From Vicugna vicugna (taxonomy: Eukaryota), in assembly GCA_013265495.1 (NCBI GenBank), contig MU058844.1, positions 5,372,344 to 5,436,343 of the forward strand: a stretch of 64,000 nucleotides of DNA, given 5' to 3'. Below, in pieces: positions 37,161 to 49,795 of the stretch. Below the pieces are notes generated by a model, which worked only from the letters and a program-made list of their open reading frames with translations, was not told the DNA's origin and searched no databases. How positions within the stretch are numbered: the first letter of the stretch is position 1; each line of letters opens with the position of its first letter. A program made the translations under genes and the position numbers.

Positions 37161-39420
37161 CCCAGTAATTATCTGAGTTTTATATTATGGCTAAAACAAA
37201 TACAATTTCTTAAACTGCACTGAAAACATTCCCAAAGTTCTCTAAAAAGTACAGTCTTGAGTCATAGAAAGTACTGGACAAAATGTTTTATCCTGTTATA
37301 ATGATTTTTTTTAAAGTATGTGTTAAGGCTGCTTCTTCTTGCTTCTACATAAGGCCAATAGATGTCTATTAAGAACTTTGACATTAGAAAGACAACATTG
37401 TCTTAAGTTAATTTTCTCTATAGCCTCAGAAATTTACCAATTTATTCAAATATTTATATCTAAGTTGATCTACAAGGCACTGGAAATACAAAATAAAGTA
37501 AGAACCAGGTCTTTCTCTCATTAAATTTATTATATCAGTAAATCAGAGGTGAATCTCTTAGCTTTTCTGCTTAAACAAATTTCCTCTTTACTCTGAGCTT
37601 CACCAGTAATTTAAGATTAAATGAAATAATGCATTTAAAATAAAAATCAGATTTTATGGCATTTAATAAAGTGATGGTTCTTCCAGGTTTAACCCCTACT
37701 AAAATTTAATCATTAGAACGATATTTCCAACAACAAATATTTTTTATCCTATTTTACATATACAAACATACGCTTATGTTCAGATTTAAATTTAAAAATT
37801 TGAAACCTGTTTACAATCCTGAGGACTATGTTTGGGTTCTCTAACAGCCATTTGTCCACCCTCACCTTTTAAACAATATCATATATACATGTCAATCGTG
37901 CTGTAAAGAAAGTGAGGTGGAATAACAGCATTAGCAGGGAATATTGCTGGTATTAAAAAAAAAAAATCATCTTTCCCTAGTAAATTTCCACTTTCTGGAT
38001 TCTAGACCTCAGCTATGAAAGCTCAGATAATTGACTTTTTTCCTTCAGACCAAGGGGAAATCAGTCTTTCATGCTTGAGCTCATGTTAACTTCATAAAAA
38101 AATTTCATATATCAGAGTTGTGATATATTAATTTATGATAAAAACTATTATTGTTAAATGAACCAGAATATATCTATATTATCAGCAGTCATACCTATAT
38201 TATCGGCAGTCATTGGATGGATGGAAAACCACATGAAAACTGTTTATTTCTTTGCATGTTCTACTAGGCTGTAGTTTTCATTAGAGAATCAATCATTTAC
38301 TATTCATCTTTTTGCTCCTAGTAATTAGCATAGTACTCAGTATGCATACAGTGTTGAATGAGTGGATGAGTGAGTGTGTTTAGATGATACTATATTCAAC
38401 CATCATTTATAATTAAACAAAATCTAATTGAATTCTCAGGGTACAATATATGTGAGCTTTCAATGTAAATATACTATGCAGAAAGGAAAACCTCATATTC
38501 CAAGATTGAAAATGTCATAGCTTATAAAGTAGTTGTCATAAGAGACTTGCCTTCTTTAAATCAAACTCTATAATTTACACTTTTCTGATATATAGTATAT
38601 ATTTTTAAATCACATCAATGGCAATCTAGTTAGTCCTGACATGGTTATTATAGAAGCTATTACTGCTGAATTCACAATGAAATCTAAATTCTAAAAGATG
38701 TGATGCTAGAATATTGCATGGATAATAAATACAGCATCTGTACATAGAACCACATATATCATAGGACTCTCTAAGTAGTGTATATTTTCTTCTTAATAAG
38801 AAGCAGTTCCTTTCTCATAATTTTTATTTAAATAAGTATGCTAAGGAGATTCTGAAATAAATTATCAACATGTTGGAATCTTGGAAACAGAATACACAAA
38901 TACTCCCATGAGCATGGTGTATCATACACCAGAAAAACAGTGCTTGCAGATGTATAACAAAAATAGGTTGCTTTTTTTTCCTGTTTCTTCCTGAAGTCTT
39001 GAACTCAAATAGCTCTAAATTCATAGCCATAGAAAGAAAAAATGAAGTATAATGTACAATCTTAAAATTCATAAATTATTCATAATGGTTTTCCTACCAC
39101 ATTCAGTAATATCAGTCTCATTCTAGCTCAAATGTATGGCTATTAATTTACCTTCAGAATACCCTAGCAATGAATATAATTTCTTCTACACCAAGAAAAT
39201 TAGGTAAGTTGATTGCTATTTTGTCTCTAAGTCATTGTTTACTTAGAGGATGAGTTATTTGAAGGACGTTCTTTTTAAAAATCCAGTTTTAGAAACTATA
39301 TAACCATATGACTAAGAATTATACTTGATGCATCTTTTGTACTGCAATGAACACAAAACTCTTACACATTAGTTTTGAAGCTCAGCCAGACAGGAGGTAG
39401 TATAACATCAAGAAATCCAT

Positions 39421-39920
39421 CAGTGCTGCTATGAACATTGGAGTGCAGGTGTTATTTTGTAGTAGGGTTCCTTCTGGATATATGCCCAGGAGCAGGATTC
39501 CTGGGTCAGATTATTCCTAGTCTATTCCTAGTCTTTTGAGGAATCTCCATACTGTTTTCCACAGTGGCTGTACCAAACTACATTCCCAACAGCAATGTAG
39601 GAGTGTTCCCTTTTTACCACAGCCTCTCCAGCATTTGTCGTTTGTGGATTTTTGAATGGTGGCCATTCTGACTGGTGTGAGGTGATACCTCATTGTAGTT
39701 TTGATTTGCATTTCTCTGATAATTAGTGATATTGAGCATTTTTTCATGTGCCTATTGATTATTTGTATGTCTTCCTTGGAGAATTGCTTGTTTAGGTCTT
39801 CTGCCCATTTTTGGATTGGGTTGTTTGTTTTTTTTCTTATTAAGTCATATGAGCTGCTTATATATTCTGGAGATCAAGCCTTTGTTGGTTTCATTTGCAA
39901 AAATTTTCTCCCATTCCATA
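39421..39920 (-). mobile_element. Internal LINE-1 fragment (ORF2 C-terminal Cys-rich region), no tail, inserted in a MIR
   Basis: ORF 39517-39747 [29 protein letters not shown]...[18 protein letters not shown]...[12 protein letters not shown] is the L1 ORF2 C-terminus. Confidence 0.93.
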
Positions 39921-40090
39921 AGAACTGGAATTGCTCCCTGGCCCCAACAATTGACTAGATGTGAATCCTGGGGAAAGTTCCTTTACCTCTTCTAGCCTTA
40001 TTCTCATTTTAAAATGAGGATATTTACATCTGTTTAAACTGTGGAAGATCATATGAGATAACCTGTGAAAGTCTTTGTAAAATGCAGTTT
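39921..40090 (+). mobile_element. MIR SINE (its 5' part probably lies at ~39385-39420)
   Basis: ctagatgtgaatcctggggaaagttcctttacctct...ctcattttaaaatgagg...gtggaagatcatatgagataacctgtgaaag. Confidence 0.6.
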
Positions 40091-40187
40091 ATGGTATAAT
40101 TTCTGGTTGTTAATTTTATAATCCAACCACCTAGATCTTATTAAAAGTATGTTAGCAATCTTCAAATGCAGTGTGCCTACACAAATC

Positions 40188-41190
40188 CATTCTTTCAACA
40201 ATATTTATAGGTCCCCTACAGTGTGTTAGTCTTCAACATAGTAGGTACTCAGTCAAATTCTCTGCCTTTATGAAGCCTATGTTTAGGAAGGGAGATGGTC
40301 AAGAAAGAGAAGAAAATATATAACTTCAGAGTCAGTGAATAGGAAGAGACAGCAAGAGCTAGCAAGAAGAAAGAACTATCTGGATCAGTGACATTTTATC
40401 AAAGCCTTGAATGAGGTGAGGATATTCTACACAAAAGGAACATAAATTTCAAAGGCCCAAAGAAGGAATGATCTTGTCATATTTCAAGAACCATGACAAG
40501 GCCATAAAGTTCAGCCTTGTAGGTCAAAGTTGAGTGTTTAGAATTTATACTAAGTACTTTCAGAAGCAATTGGAGAATTTTGAATGACATGATATAATTG
40601 TTTTATGTTGGAAAAGATCATGCTGGTTTTAGTGTTTAGAAAAGCCTTAAGGGAAGTGAAAGAAAAACCAGGGGGGTTTGGGGGTTGCTGGGTTGGGTAG
40701 ATTGATGAATGATGCCACCAGAACCAGGTAATGGTGATAGAAGTGATGCCCAGTAGGCTCTATGAGCCATTGCATGTGGGCATGGGGTAAGTAAACTGAG
40801 GAATAAAGCCTGTGCCTGATGCTTTTGGCCACACATTTGTGAGGATGGTGGTACCAGGTACTGAAATGGCTAAACTAAAGAGAAGAATAGATGGTTTATT
40901 TTGCTTTATTCCTTCTTCTGCGTAGGATGGAAATCAAGGGTTCTGCTTTGGGTATTTGAGAGTCTCATCAGATTTCTAAACAGAACAATCAAGTTGGCTG
41001 AAGTATAAGCAGATGTGAAACTCAGGGTGAGTTTAGAACTGTTGATGTAAATTTGAGAATCATCTGCATGCATTTAGTACTTAAAGCCATGGGACAGGAT
41101 GCTGTTTCTGAGGAGGAGGAGCAAAGAAAAAAGAAAAACTTAAAAGTTGAACACTGGAGAATTTCACTATCTAGACGTTAGGGAGGGGAG
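40188..41190 (-). mobile_element. L2 LINE remnant
   Basis: cattctttcaacaatatttat (3' end), ttggaaaagatcatgctgg, aatttgagaatcatctgcatg...ttaaagccatggga. Confidence 0.6.
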
Positions 41191-41425
41191 GACCAACAGT
41201 CTTATGTTTAATAGTTCTAATCATTTACTTTCTAAAGCATAAAGAGGGGTTTATTGAAAGTTAACATGGATAAATTAATAACTGCATTGGTATTGTACCT
41301 ATCCTATTTAGTATTTCTATTTTTGATCAGTATGCACATCAGCTATTTAACAACAAAAAATTAAGTTTATATGAAACCCATTAACTTGTACCATGGTATA
41401 TTTATAGAAGATTCAGAATACTTCA

Positions 41426-41556
41426 GAGATAGGGGGTAGCTCAGTTGTAGAATGCCTACCTAGCATGCACAAGGTCCTGGGCTCAATCCCTAGTGCCTCC
41501 ACTAAAAAAAAAAAAAAGTAAATAAATAAACCTAATTGCCTCCTCCCCTAAAAAAA
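41426..41556 (+). mobile_element. tRNA-derived SINE, camelid type (vic-1-like)
   Basis: A box tagctcagttgtaga, B box ggctcaatccc, body gcatgcacaaggtcctggg, A-run, tail aataaataaacctaattgcctcctcccc-A7; probable TSD a(a/g)tacttca at 41417-41425 and 41556-41564. Confidence 0.85.
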
Positions 41557-42199
41557 GTACTTCAAGAACTCTTATTCTTTTATCTTGAATACTGAGGGAA
41601 AAAGTATAACATTTTCAATATTTCTTATTAAATTCTCTATAAACAAAAAATAGTCAAGTATTCAGAAAGTTGCTCCAAGTTTCCAAAGGCTTATATTATT
41701 AATGATTTTAAAAACTGTTATTCTGAATGGCATGGAATTAGAAGAATTTGATATCATCCCTGACTCCTTAACTAAACAGAAGAGTAAGTCTAACCAGTAT
41801 ATTTTTGATTAGCCATTGTGTACAAAGCTCTATAGCTATTGATTAGGATTTTACAAAGAAAATTTAAAGATGCAGTTAGTACAAATTCTCAAGGTGGGAA
41901 TTTTCAATCCAGTGACCGGTGAGAGATTGGTAACAGAACAGGAGGTATGACTGAAATTTCTGCAGCTGGAAATAGGTGGGGTTAATTACTATGAAAGACT
42001 GACAGAAACAGAAAGTAACTGTTTTTATTTAATTCAAGAAGGCTATTATGAGTGACCACATAGTTTCTCAAATAAGAAATTATGTAATTAAGTCTTGGTT
42101 GAAAAACCTGTAATTAAGTACATGTAGAACTTTTTTTTTAAGAAAGAAAAGCACTTCCTCACATGATTTTTATCCCTCTGTTTTCTGCAGTCTGGCTGC

Positions 42200-43385
42200 T
42201 AGCCTCTGCCATGTCACTGTGAACAGTCCCTTCACTGTTCTACAGGATGACATTTCTGACCACACACAATCTGGAAACATTATCCTGTTGGAGATGACCT
42301 ATCATTAGTCTCCCTTGGTTTTTCTCTCATCTTTCTAGTTATTTCTTCTCCACTTCCTTACAGAGCCCTATTCCTTCACCAGCCTATTAAATATTTATGC
42401 TTTTAAGAGTTTTGTTCTTTAATCTCAACCTCTGTGTTCACTTTGCAAAACTGTAGTTTCAAGTATCCTGTAGACTTGTTTCTCCATGTTTATATGCTCT
42501 CTTTCTCTCTTGGGTTCGAGTCCTTTATATATACATATGGAATGTGTTTAGTTGACTGTCTTATGGTCAACCCTGACAAATTGAAATGGAAGTTACTTTT
42601 TTAATCTTCCTAACTTTTACTTCCATACTCCATGCCTCAGTAATTATAATTGGTAAGCCCATCTACATAGATTCTCCAAAAAGATAAATGATCATTGATT
42701 AGTTATCATTAGTACAAGGACTTCTAAACTATCAATCTCCAACCACGATATATCATTCTTTTCTTAAAATTCATAAATGGTAATGTTGCTAAATAATAAT
42801 CGTGTTATAATATTTTAGTTATGAATGTGAAATGTAGTTACTTATGTGTTTGGTTTGCACATTGAGATCCTTCAAATGTCTTCCTATTGTGATTGTAATA
42901 AAACTGTAACATCTTTGGCAGGAAATTTAAGTTCCTCCATAAACTAAGTCTAAGCTGATTATCTAAGACTCAGTTTTCTATGCTTTCTTTTATTTTTTTT
43001 CTACCCAACACTCATATTGAACTGCATACTTGAAATCCCAAAGTAATCTACACTGTTAAAGCTTTTTAACATGGCACATATTTTTCTCCTGATGGAGAGT
43101 GCCTTTCCTCTGACCTTTTCCTTCTTTACCTAGATGAGTTTTTCAAGATTAGGCTTAACCTTAATTTCCTCTAGGAATCTTTATCCAACCTCCTCCCCAA
43201 GTTGGCTTAGCTTCACTCAATCTGCACTTTTACAGGAATCTACAATATCTCTAGCACATGGATTACAACTGTCTGTTCATTTATTAGTTTTTTCTGCATT
43301 CACTTATGACCTCCATTGCAATAGAGGTTTTTTGTTTTGTTCTGTTTTCCTGTCTCTGTGAATATCAAACACATAGCAATAGAAA
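42200..43385 (+). mobile_element. Fragmented L2 LINE
   Basis: catttctgaccac..., tggtttttctctcatctttctagttatttcttctc, caaatgtcttcctattg, cttaatttcctctaggaatcttt, tctagcacatgg. Confidence 0.5.
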
Positions 43386-43869
43386 CAAAAAGCTGCAGAA
43401 GGGAGGATAGAACCAAAGCTAATTTTCACAATAACCTGTTGCAATATTTAAGATGTACAATTATATATATATGAGGACACTTTCAAAATGTCAGGTTGCT
43501 ACATTCATTATTCAGGTTTTTGCAACCTAATCTTAAGAATTTAGCTGGAGAAATGTAGAGAGGAATTAAGAAAAATTAGAGAGGAAATATTGAGTAGATT
43601 TGATGAAAATAAGAAGCCTTTACCTAACTATAAGGAACTGTATACCAGCTTCAAATAATGAAATAAGGAAGAATGTATAGATATTATATATATATATGTA
43701 TAATATATATTCAACTGAGCTAAAAACTGAATAGAGTATAGGGTGTAGGCCTTCATGTAGAGATTTATTGATTCTTTTAATTGTGAAACAATCTATTTCA
43801 GATTAAAGATACTTTAAACATGTTCTAATACTATCACAAATCTGCCTGAAAAATAAAACGCAGCATTTT

Positions 43870-44022
43870 AGGGAGTGTTTTGAAAACACCAGTGGTGAAG
43901 CTCCCACAGTTAAACCAGAATTTCCTGCAGTGGAACCTAAGCACCAGTATTTGCTTAAAGAAAAAAAAGAAGTCCCCAAGTGTTTCCAAATATGCAGCCA
44001 AGATTGAGAACCATGGGTCTGG
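43870..44022. mobile_element. MER5-type (hAT-Charlie) MITE
   Basis: aaccagaatttcctgcagtggaacctaagcaccagtatt...ccccaagtgtttccaaatatgcagccaagattgagaaccatgg. Confidence 0.65.
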
Positions 44023-45644
44023 TATAGCAAACTGATTTTGCAGTTAAGAAAGCTGAGAATCTTTACTTATAATCTTTAAAAGCCTCGGTCCTCTGGTTCC
44101 CTGACCCAGAGTCATTGAGAGGAATTGGAGCAGAAGGCTGTTAGAGGCAGGCAGAATGATGGTAGACTGTGACAGCTGACAGCTTGACAGGCAAGGCATT
44201 ACCGCAGGGTATGGTAATGGATGTTCAAGATGGAGGCTGTGCATGATCATGATAAGAGCAAATTCCCTTCAGTGGCCTCTTTTTAAGAATACAGGGAAGT
44301 GTTAAGAGTCTTCCAGAAGATTTCTATCAAAAAATGATTAAACTAAATGTCTCCTTGGGACCCAAAAGTCAATTTCCACTTTTGGCAAATTCAGTACGTG
44401 CATTCCCCAATCTTGTCAGACAAAAACGGCATCATCAGACTATGCTATAGTGTGATTTAACACAGGTCGCCTCTTGTGTGGTAGGAAGAGACTTGGACTA
44501 GCATTCAAGATGTTCAAAGTCTGTGGTCTGTGTTGGTAGCACAGTCTTAAAGCCACAGCATGGGCTTTGTTTTAAATTCTTTTAAATTTTTTAAGTTCTC
44601 TCACTTAAGAACAGAAAAAGTAACAGATACCTAATAGGTTATAAAAAAAAGATAAAATGAGGTTAAGTGTATTTTGTGTAAATAGTTGTATCTATTCCTG
44701 TTCTTGAAAAAGGATGTAAGAAAGCTGAACAAAAGAATGTATAAGAATGTGCATTCATATACATACACATATATATTTGCATTATAGATAATCTATCTGG
44801 ATTTTAGACTGTGTCTTGTTTTTGTGGTTGTTTAGTTGTTTGTATCTCAAAAATTGGGTTTGTATGATGCTAAACTTATAAGCATTTATTTTAGAATTTA
44901 TGGTCATAAAAACAAGGTAATAGAATGTTTTATACCAGTGGCGATAGTGTCAATTTAATTTGAAAGCTACAACCAAATTATTGAAATACCTTACTATAAG
45001 ACTAATTCATAGGTATGGGAGTTAGGGAACAGATGCTTGTATCCTTAAACTCTCACTGAATTTCCAGGTAGAATGAATACAGATATCATGTTATAATCAT
45101 GTTATAATTAGAAATGCTCATATAATGTTCAGTTAGAGTACTGAGTCATTTAAATAAGAGGGAAGGGTAACCTGTCAATGGAGAAACATTGTCCTAATCC
45201 TTTCAGGCAAAATTTTCAGTATAATTAAAGGTAATTGACAATGTTCTTTTTTGCTCAAATCCATATATTTGAAATAACCATTTAAGTATACATTTAGTGT
45301 GAGATATGACTTTCATCTCTTCTTGTGCCCTCTAAAGATTAAATATTCTTTTACATTTTTTTAAAGTTCTATTTTTCAGACTGAAACAAAAAATATGACT
45401 AGGAAATTACTGTTATAGTGAAAGTTGATCAAGATGTGTTTAAGTTTATTTAAAGGAAGTTTCTCTGATTACATGATCACCTAATGTATCATGCCAACCA
45501 AAACTATATGAGTTTATGTGTATGTGTGTATGGTGTATTGTTTGCTTACTCAAAAGGAGTTTCTGAGAATGCAGAAATGAGACATGAGAGGGGGCTTCCA
45601 ATGATAACAAACTAAACAACTTTTTAAGGTTTGTTTTCTGTCAG

Positions 45645-45838
45645 TCCCTCTGCTAAGTATTTTAAAAGGTTAACTCAAAACAACCCTATGGAATATCTCC
45701 TTTTTGTAGATGAATAAACTGAGGCAAATTTTATTAAAATAACCTGTTTAAAGTTGTACAGTAATTAGTGACAGAACTCTGGTTTGGGTCCAGGCATTGT
45801 GTTTCTATAAATCATCCCCTTAACCACTGTACACACTA
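45645..45838 (-). mobile_element. MIR SINE
   Basis: caaccctatg...tttgtagatgaataaactgaggca...cttaaccactgtacac. Confidence 0.7.
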
Positions 45839-46357
45839 CCTTAAAAATGTACATATTCTCTTTAAAATCAGATATGCTATTTTTATCTTGGCACTAAAGC
45901 CTGAAATTCAAGTAACTACCATATAAGGTACACATTTTTCCATGTATTTAGAAATACATTAGATCTATATGTACTTCACAGAAAAAAAATCATAGCTTTT
46001 TATTTTTTATAATTTTGATTTTTATGATTCTTTATGATTATGATGATGTATGATTTAAAAATATACATCAGGTCTCTAAAATAGTTTTATAGTAGTAATT
46101 GGAGCAAGATACAAAGGAATAGAAATTGTCCTAGGTACAATCTGCCCAATCTATTTAAAGTCTTTTATTTGTCACTAAGTCAAGTCATGGGCTCTTGAGT
46201 CAGAACAAACTGAATAAGACAACTTCAAGTTGCTGATGCTATTGATTCTGGGAAAAGAATTTCAGAGTAGAAAACCCCTGCATAAACAGTGCAGATTTTG
46301 CATATTCTCAGCATCCAGCATGCTCACCTATCACGTAGGTTTTACTTCTCTTGTTTA

Positions 46358-46667
46358 ATAGCCAGCAAACTACAGCCCATAGGGTCAAAGCAGGCCCATG
46401 TCTGTTTTGGGGCCATTCTGAGAACTAAGGAAATTTTTACATGATTTTAAATGGTCGAAAAAAAATTTTTAAATATCTTGTATCATGTGAATATTCATGT
46501 TTGAGCATCTATAAATAAAATTTCCCTGGAACATAGCATATTCGTTTTGTTTATGGTTGCATTCCCCCTGCAACGGTAGATTTGAGTAGCAGTAACAGAA
46601 ACTGAATGGCCTGCAAAGCCTGAAATATTTATTATCTGAACCTTTCTGGAAAATATCTGACACCTGC
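46358..46667 (+). mobile_element. MER58-type (hAT-Charlie) DNA transposon
   Basis: cagcaaactacagccc...aataaaatttccctggaacatagc...tttgagtagcagtaacaga...tggcctgcaaagcctgaaatatttattatctg...gacacctg. Confidence 0.8.
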
Positions 46668-49624
46668 TTTTGACATTGAAATCTTCTTTCCTTAGGTTAA
46701 GCCGTGATCTGGTTTGCTTGATTATTCAGAAAAGGGGGGAAAAAAAAGAGATGGATTCTAGTGATTTTTCAGGATTTTTCAGTCTAAGTCTTTGCATTTC
46801 TGACCATTTGTCCTACTGAATCAAAATTAAAGCCTGAAGGTTTTACACAGTGGCCTGAATTTCCCCTTGATTACTCTGTTGACTCTGCAAATCTAGCGTG
46901 TGTCTGCTACATGACAGGTGTGTTCCAGTCTGCCCTTCTCTTACTACAAGCCTTTCCTGTGCTTCACAGTGATTCTGCTCTTACCTCTTATACCCAATTT
47001 TACTTTGTTCATACAGTCATTTCCCTCTTAAGATTTTACTTTGTATTTTGCAATAGAATCCCCACTGGGTGCATTTTATAGACTATACTTAAATGGCTTG
47101 ATCTCTTTTGTACTATGGAAGTTTAATAAAATACAACTAATAGACATCAAGCAGTGGCCTAGATCAATTTCCGTATGTTTCTTGCTCAAAATGCTTCCCA
47201 AATGCATATAATACATATCCCTTTACCACTAGGTAACCAATCATTCCGCACAAGCTACTGTTAATTCTGAGGACAGCTGTGTCTGGTAGGAGAAATGCTG
47301 GACTTAGCTCTCTAAAAGTGAATTTGGATGGAGATAATGTATTTCAAGAGCTTTTAAAATTATTTTTTACTCATGATCTGGTTAATGTTTAGTAGATTGA
47401 TAAATGCTTAAATGCTTACCAAATGTCAGTTTGAGGAGAAACCTGCTGCTTCCTTGCTTGGGGATATCTGATTTAAAGTGTGTCACGAAGACTGGTCAGT
47501 GTGCTAAACTCATGGCGGCACAGAGAAAACACTTGAAACATTTTCCTCAGAGGTATCCTTAGAGAACAAAGCTGTCTTCATGTTCCTAATTACCAAAACA
47601 CTTGAGGAGAAACAAAGGTATTCCTTGTTATGACTCTTGTTGCTTTTCATAAAATAGTAATTTTGTTTGTGAATCATGTCAGAGAAGATGAGAAACTCTG
47701 TGGAAAATGAAGATTAATAAAGTAATCATTCTCAGAAAATGTAGATCCTATTTTTCTGCAATTTTGCTTTTGAAAAAGGGCAAGGAATGAAATGCCAGAA
47801 GATGTTAAGGAAAAAGTATTGTGGAAAAATAGAATGCTTTGTAAATGTGGCATGACATATCAATAATGTTTTAAGGCTGAATGGATTACTGGCTTGCTTT
47901 AGAACAAGATTTATGTGGTGGAAGGATTTAACAAAGGTCCATCCTAGTTGTGAGGCTTTTTGAAGATGAATACTATTATATCACATTTAAGTGTGTTATT
48001 TTAATTTAAATGACACTGCTGATCTTCGAGCTGTAAAGAGGAATTAAGCTAATGGTGCCAGAGTGCAGGTCTTTAGTAGAAATAGCTAAAAATTGGAGGT
48101 TTGTAACTGGCTGTGATCTGATGGTCTGCTTCAGAGGCCTTCTTCGATGTGCAGTGCCTTTGTGACACTGTCAGCAAAAACAGAAGCACAATGTGAGGAA
48201 GAAAGTCTGATTTTTTTTTTCCTAATGCTTGAATCCAAAATTGCTTCAACCTTGTCTGAGGAGCCAATTTTGATTGTCAGTTTTCCAGTTTCACTGGTCC
48301 AGTAAAAGAAGAAGGCAACTTTGTCTAATATGCCTTTAAAAATGTACTTTTTTTTTTGAATGGGAAGACTGCAGAAGACTAGAGGAAGTACACATAGACA
48401 TAAAGAATTATTGCTCTTTTTGAACTACTTCCTTTTGGAACTACTTCCAATAGTTTTTTTTTTTAAACAAAGATGTAAGCATACATAAAGTCAGCCTCAG
48501 GCAATATATTGAACAATCCTCAGTTTTGCCTGGGGAAAATCAGTTCCTTGAACATCAGTCTTTTTGACAGTCTCTTATCCTTTCCCCACCGTGATTCCAA
48601 GCAGAAAAATAAAGCTTGTATAAAATTTCTAACAGTCACTTCTCTGTAATGGGTTTCAAGTTGTCTCACCTTTTCCCCAGAGTTAGGCAGAAGAAAATTG
48701 TTGCGGAACAGAGAACTGCTTTTCCAATTCGTTAAAAATTGGTCATGTCACCTGAGGTGGCCTCCCATTGACTACTGGTTCCATAGCCAGCCACTACCTG
48801 TGCTGGAGGCTGATCTCATTCCCAAACTTTGCTACTAGACTCTTGATTAAAATACTGTCTTCTTGAAGACAGTATATCTAGTTTTAGAAAAGTAAAGGGC
48901 AACACAGGCTGATAGAGCAAGGGAAGTAGATTATGGCTCTGTTTGACCACAGGCAGTTTACATCACATTAATGATCATCAAGCATAAAACGAAAGATAAT
49001 AATATACAAAGTGGACATAATAAATGTGATGTTAGGACACTAATTGAATGGCCAAGAACATTTGAATAGTAAGTGTCTGATTTTATCTGAAACATTAATT
49101 TATATAAATGTTACCAATAAGTTAATTAAAATGTTAATGCAAAAATTGAGGACTTTTTTTTCTATAGGTATGTATTTTATGGGATTCCTTAAACCTTATA
49201 AAGTTTTTAATATTGTAAATGATAATAAATTCAATGTTCTATAGGTTAATAACTTGTCCAGTGATTAGATGCCTTTTTTGTCTTTTAACCTTTTCCTCTT
49301 TAATGCAATAATCAATGTCTGGGGAAAAAAAAAATCAATGTAGCACTCTTAACTAAAAGATTCTAAATGAATCTGAAAATTCCCAGAGCACTTATGTGGA
49401 TTTGCTTAAGAAGTGACTGTTTCATGGCAGATAAACTAAAATCATAAACTGTTGAGATAAAGGATAATATATATTAGCTTGTAAAAAGAATTGCCTTCTT
49501 TTAAATTTCATTCTATTCTTCTCCAAATCTCATACAAATAAAATAATAAACTGTTTCCTGACAAAATCCTTTTTCACAAGTATTGAACTTTTAAGTAAAT
49601 TATTTCTTTGGAGCTTTCAAATTT

Positions 49625-49795
49625 GAATGAAAAAGAAAAAAAGACAGACAAAACTCAGAAAAGAGGAAGGAAGTAAAAGAGAGGAGAGTAAGGGGGAAGA
49701 AGAAAGGAAAGTGAGAGATTGAGAGAGGGAGAGAGAGATAGGAAAGAAAAGGAGGAAGGATGCATGGAGAGAGGAAATAAAAAGGAAAACAAAGG
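49625..49795. repeat. Polypurine (GA-rich) low-complexity tract
   Basis: Direct observation. Confidence 0.85.

Noticed and set aside
39421..39920. Idea that this fragment is the displaced 3' part of the 5.2-7.6 kb L1
   Set aside because: The two are not contiguous in ORF2, share no TSD, and the upstream insertion is complete between its own TSDs.
41431..41503. tRNA gene
   Set aside because: A and B boxes are present, but it has a SINE tail and TSD, mismatched stems and no T-run terminator; it is a SINE.
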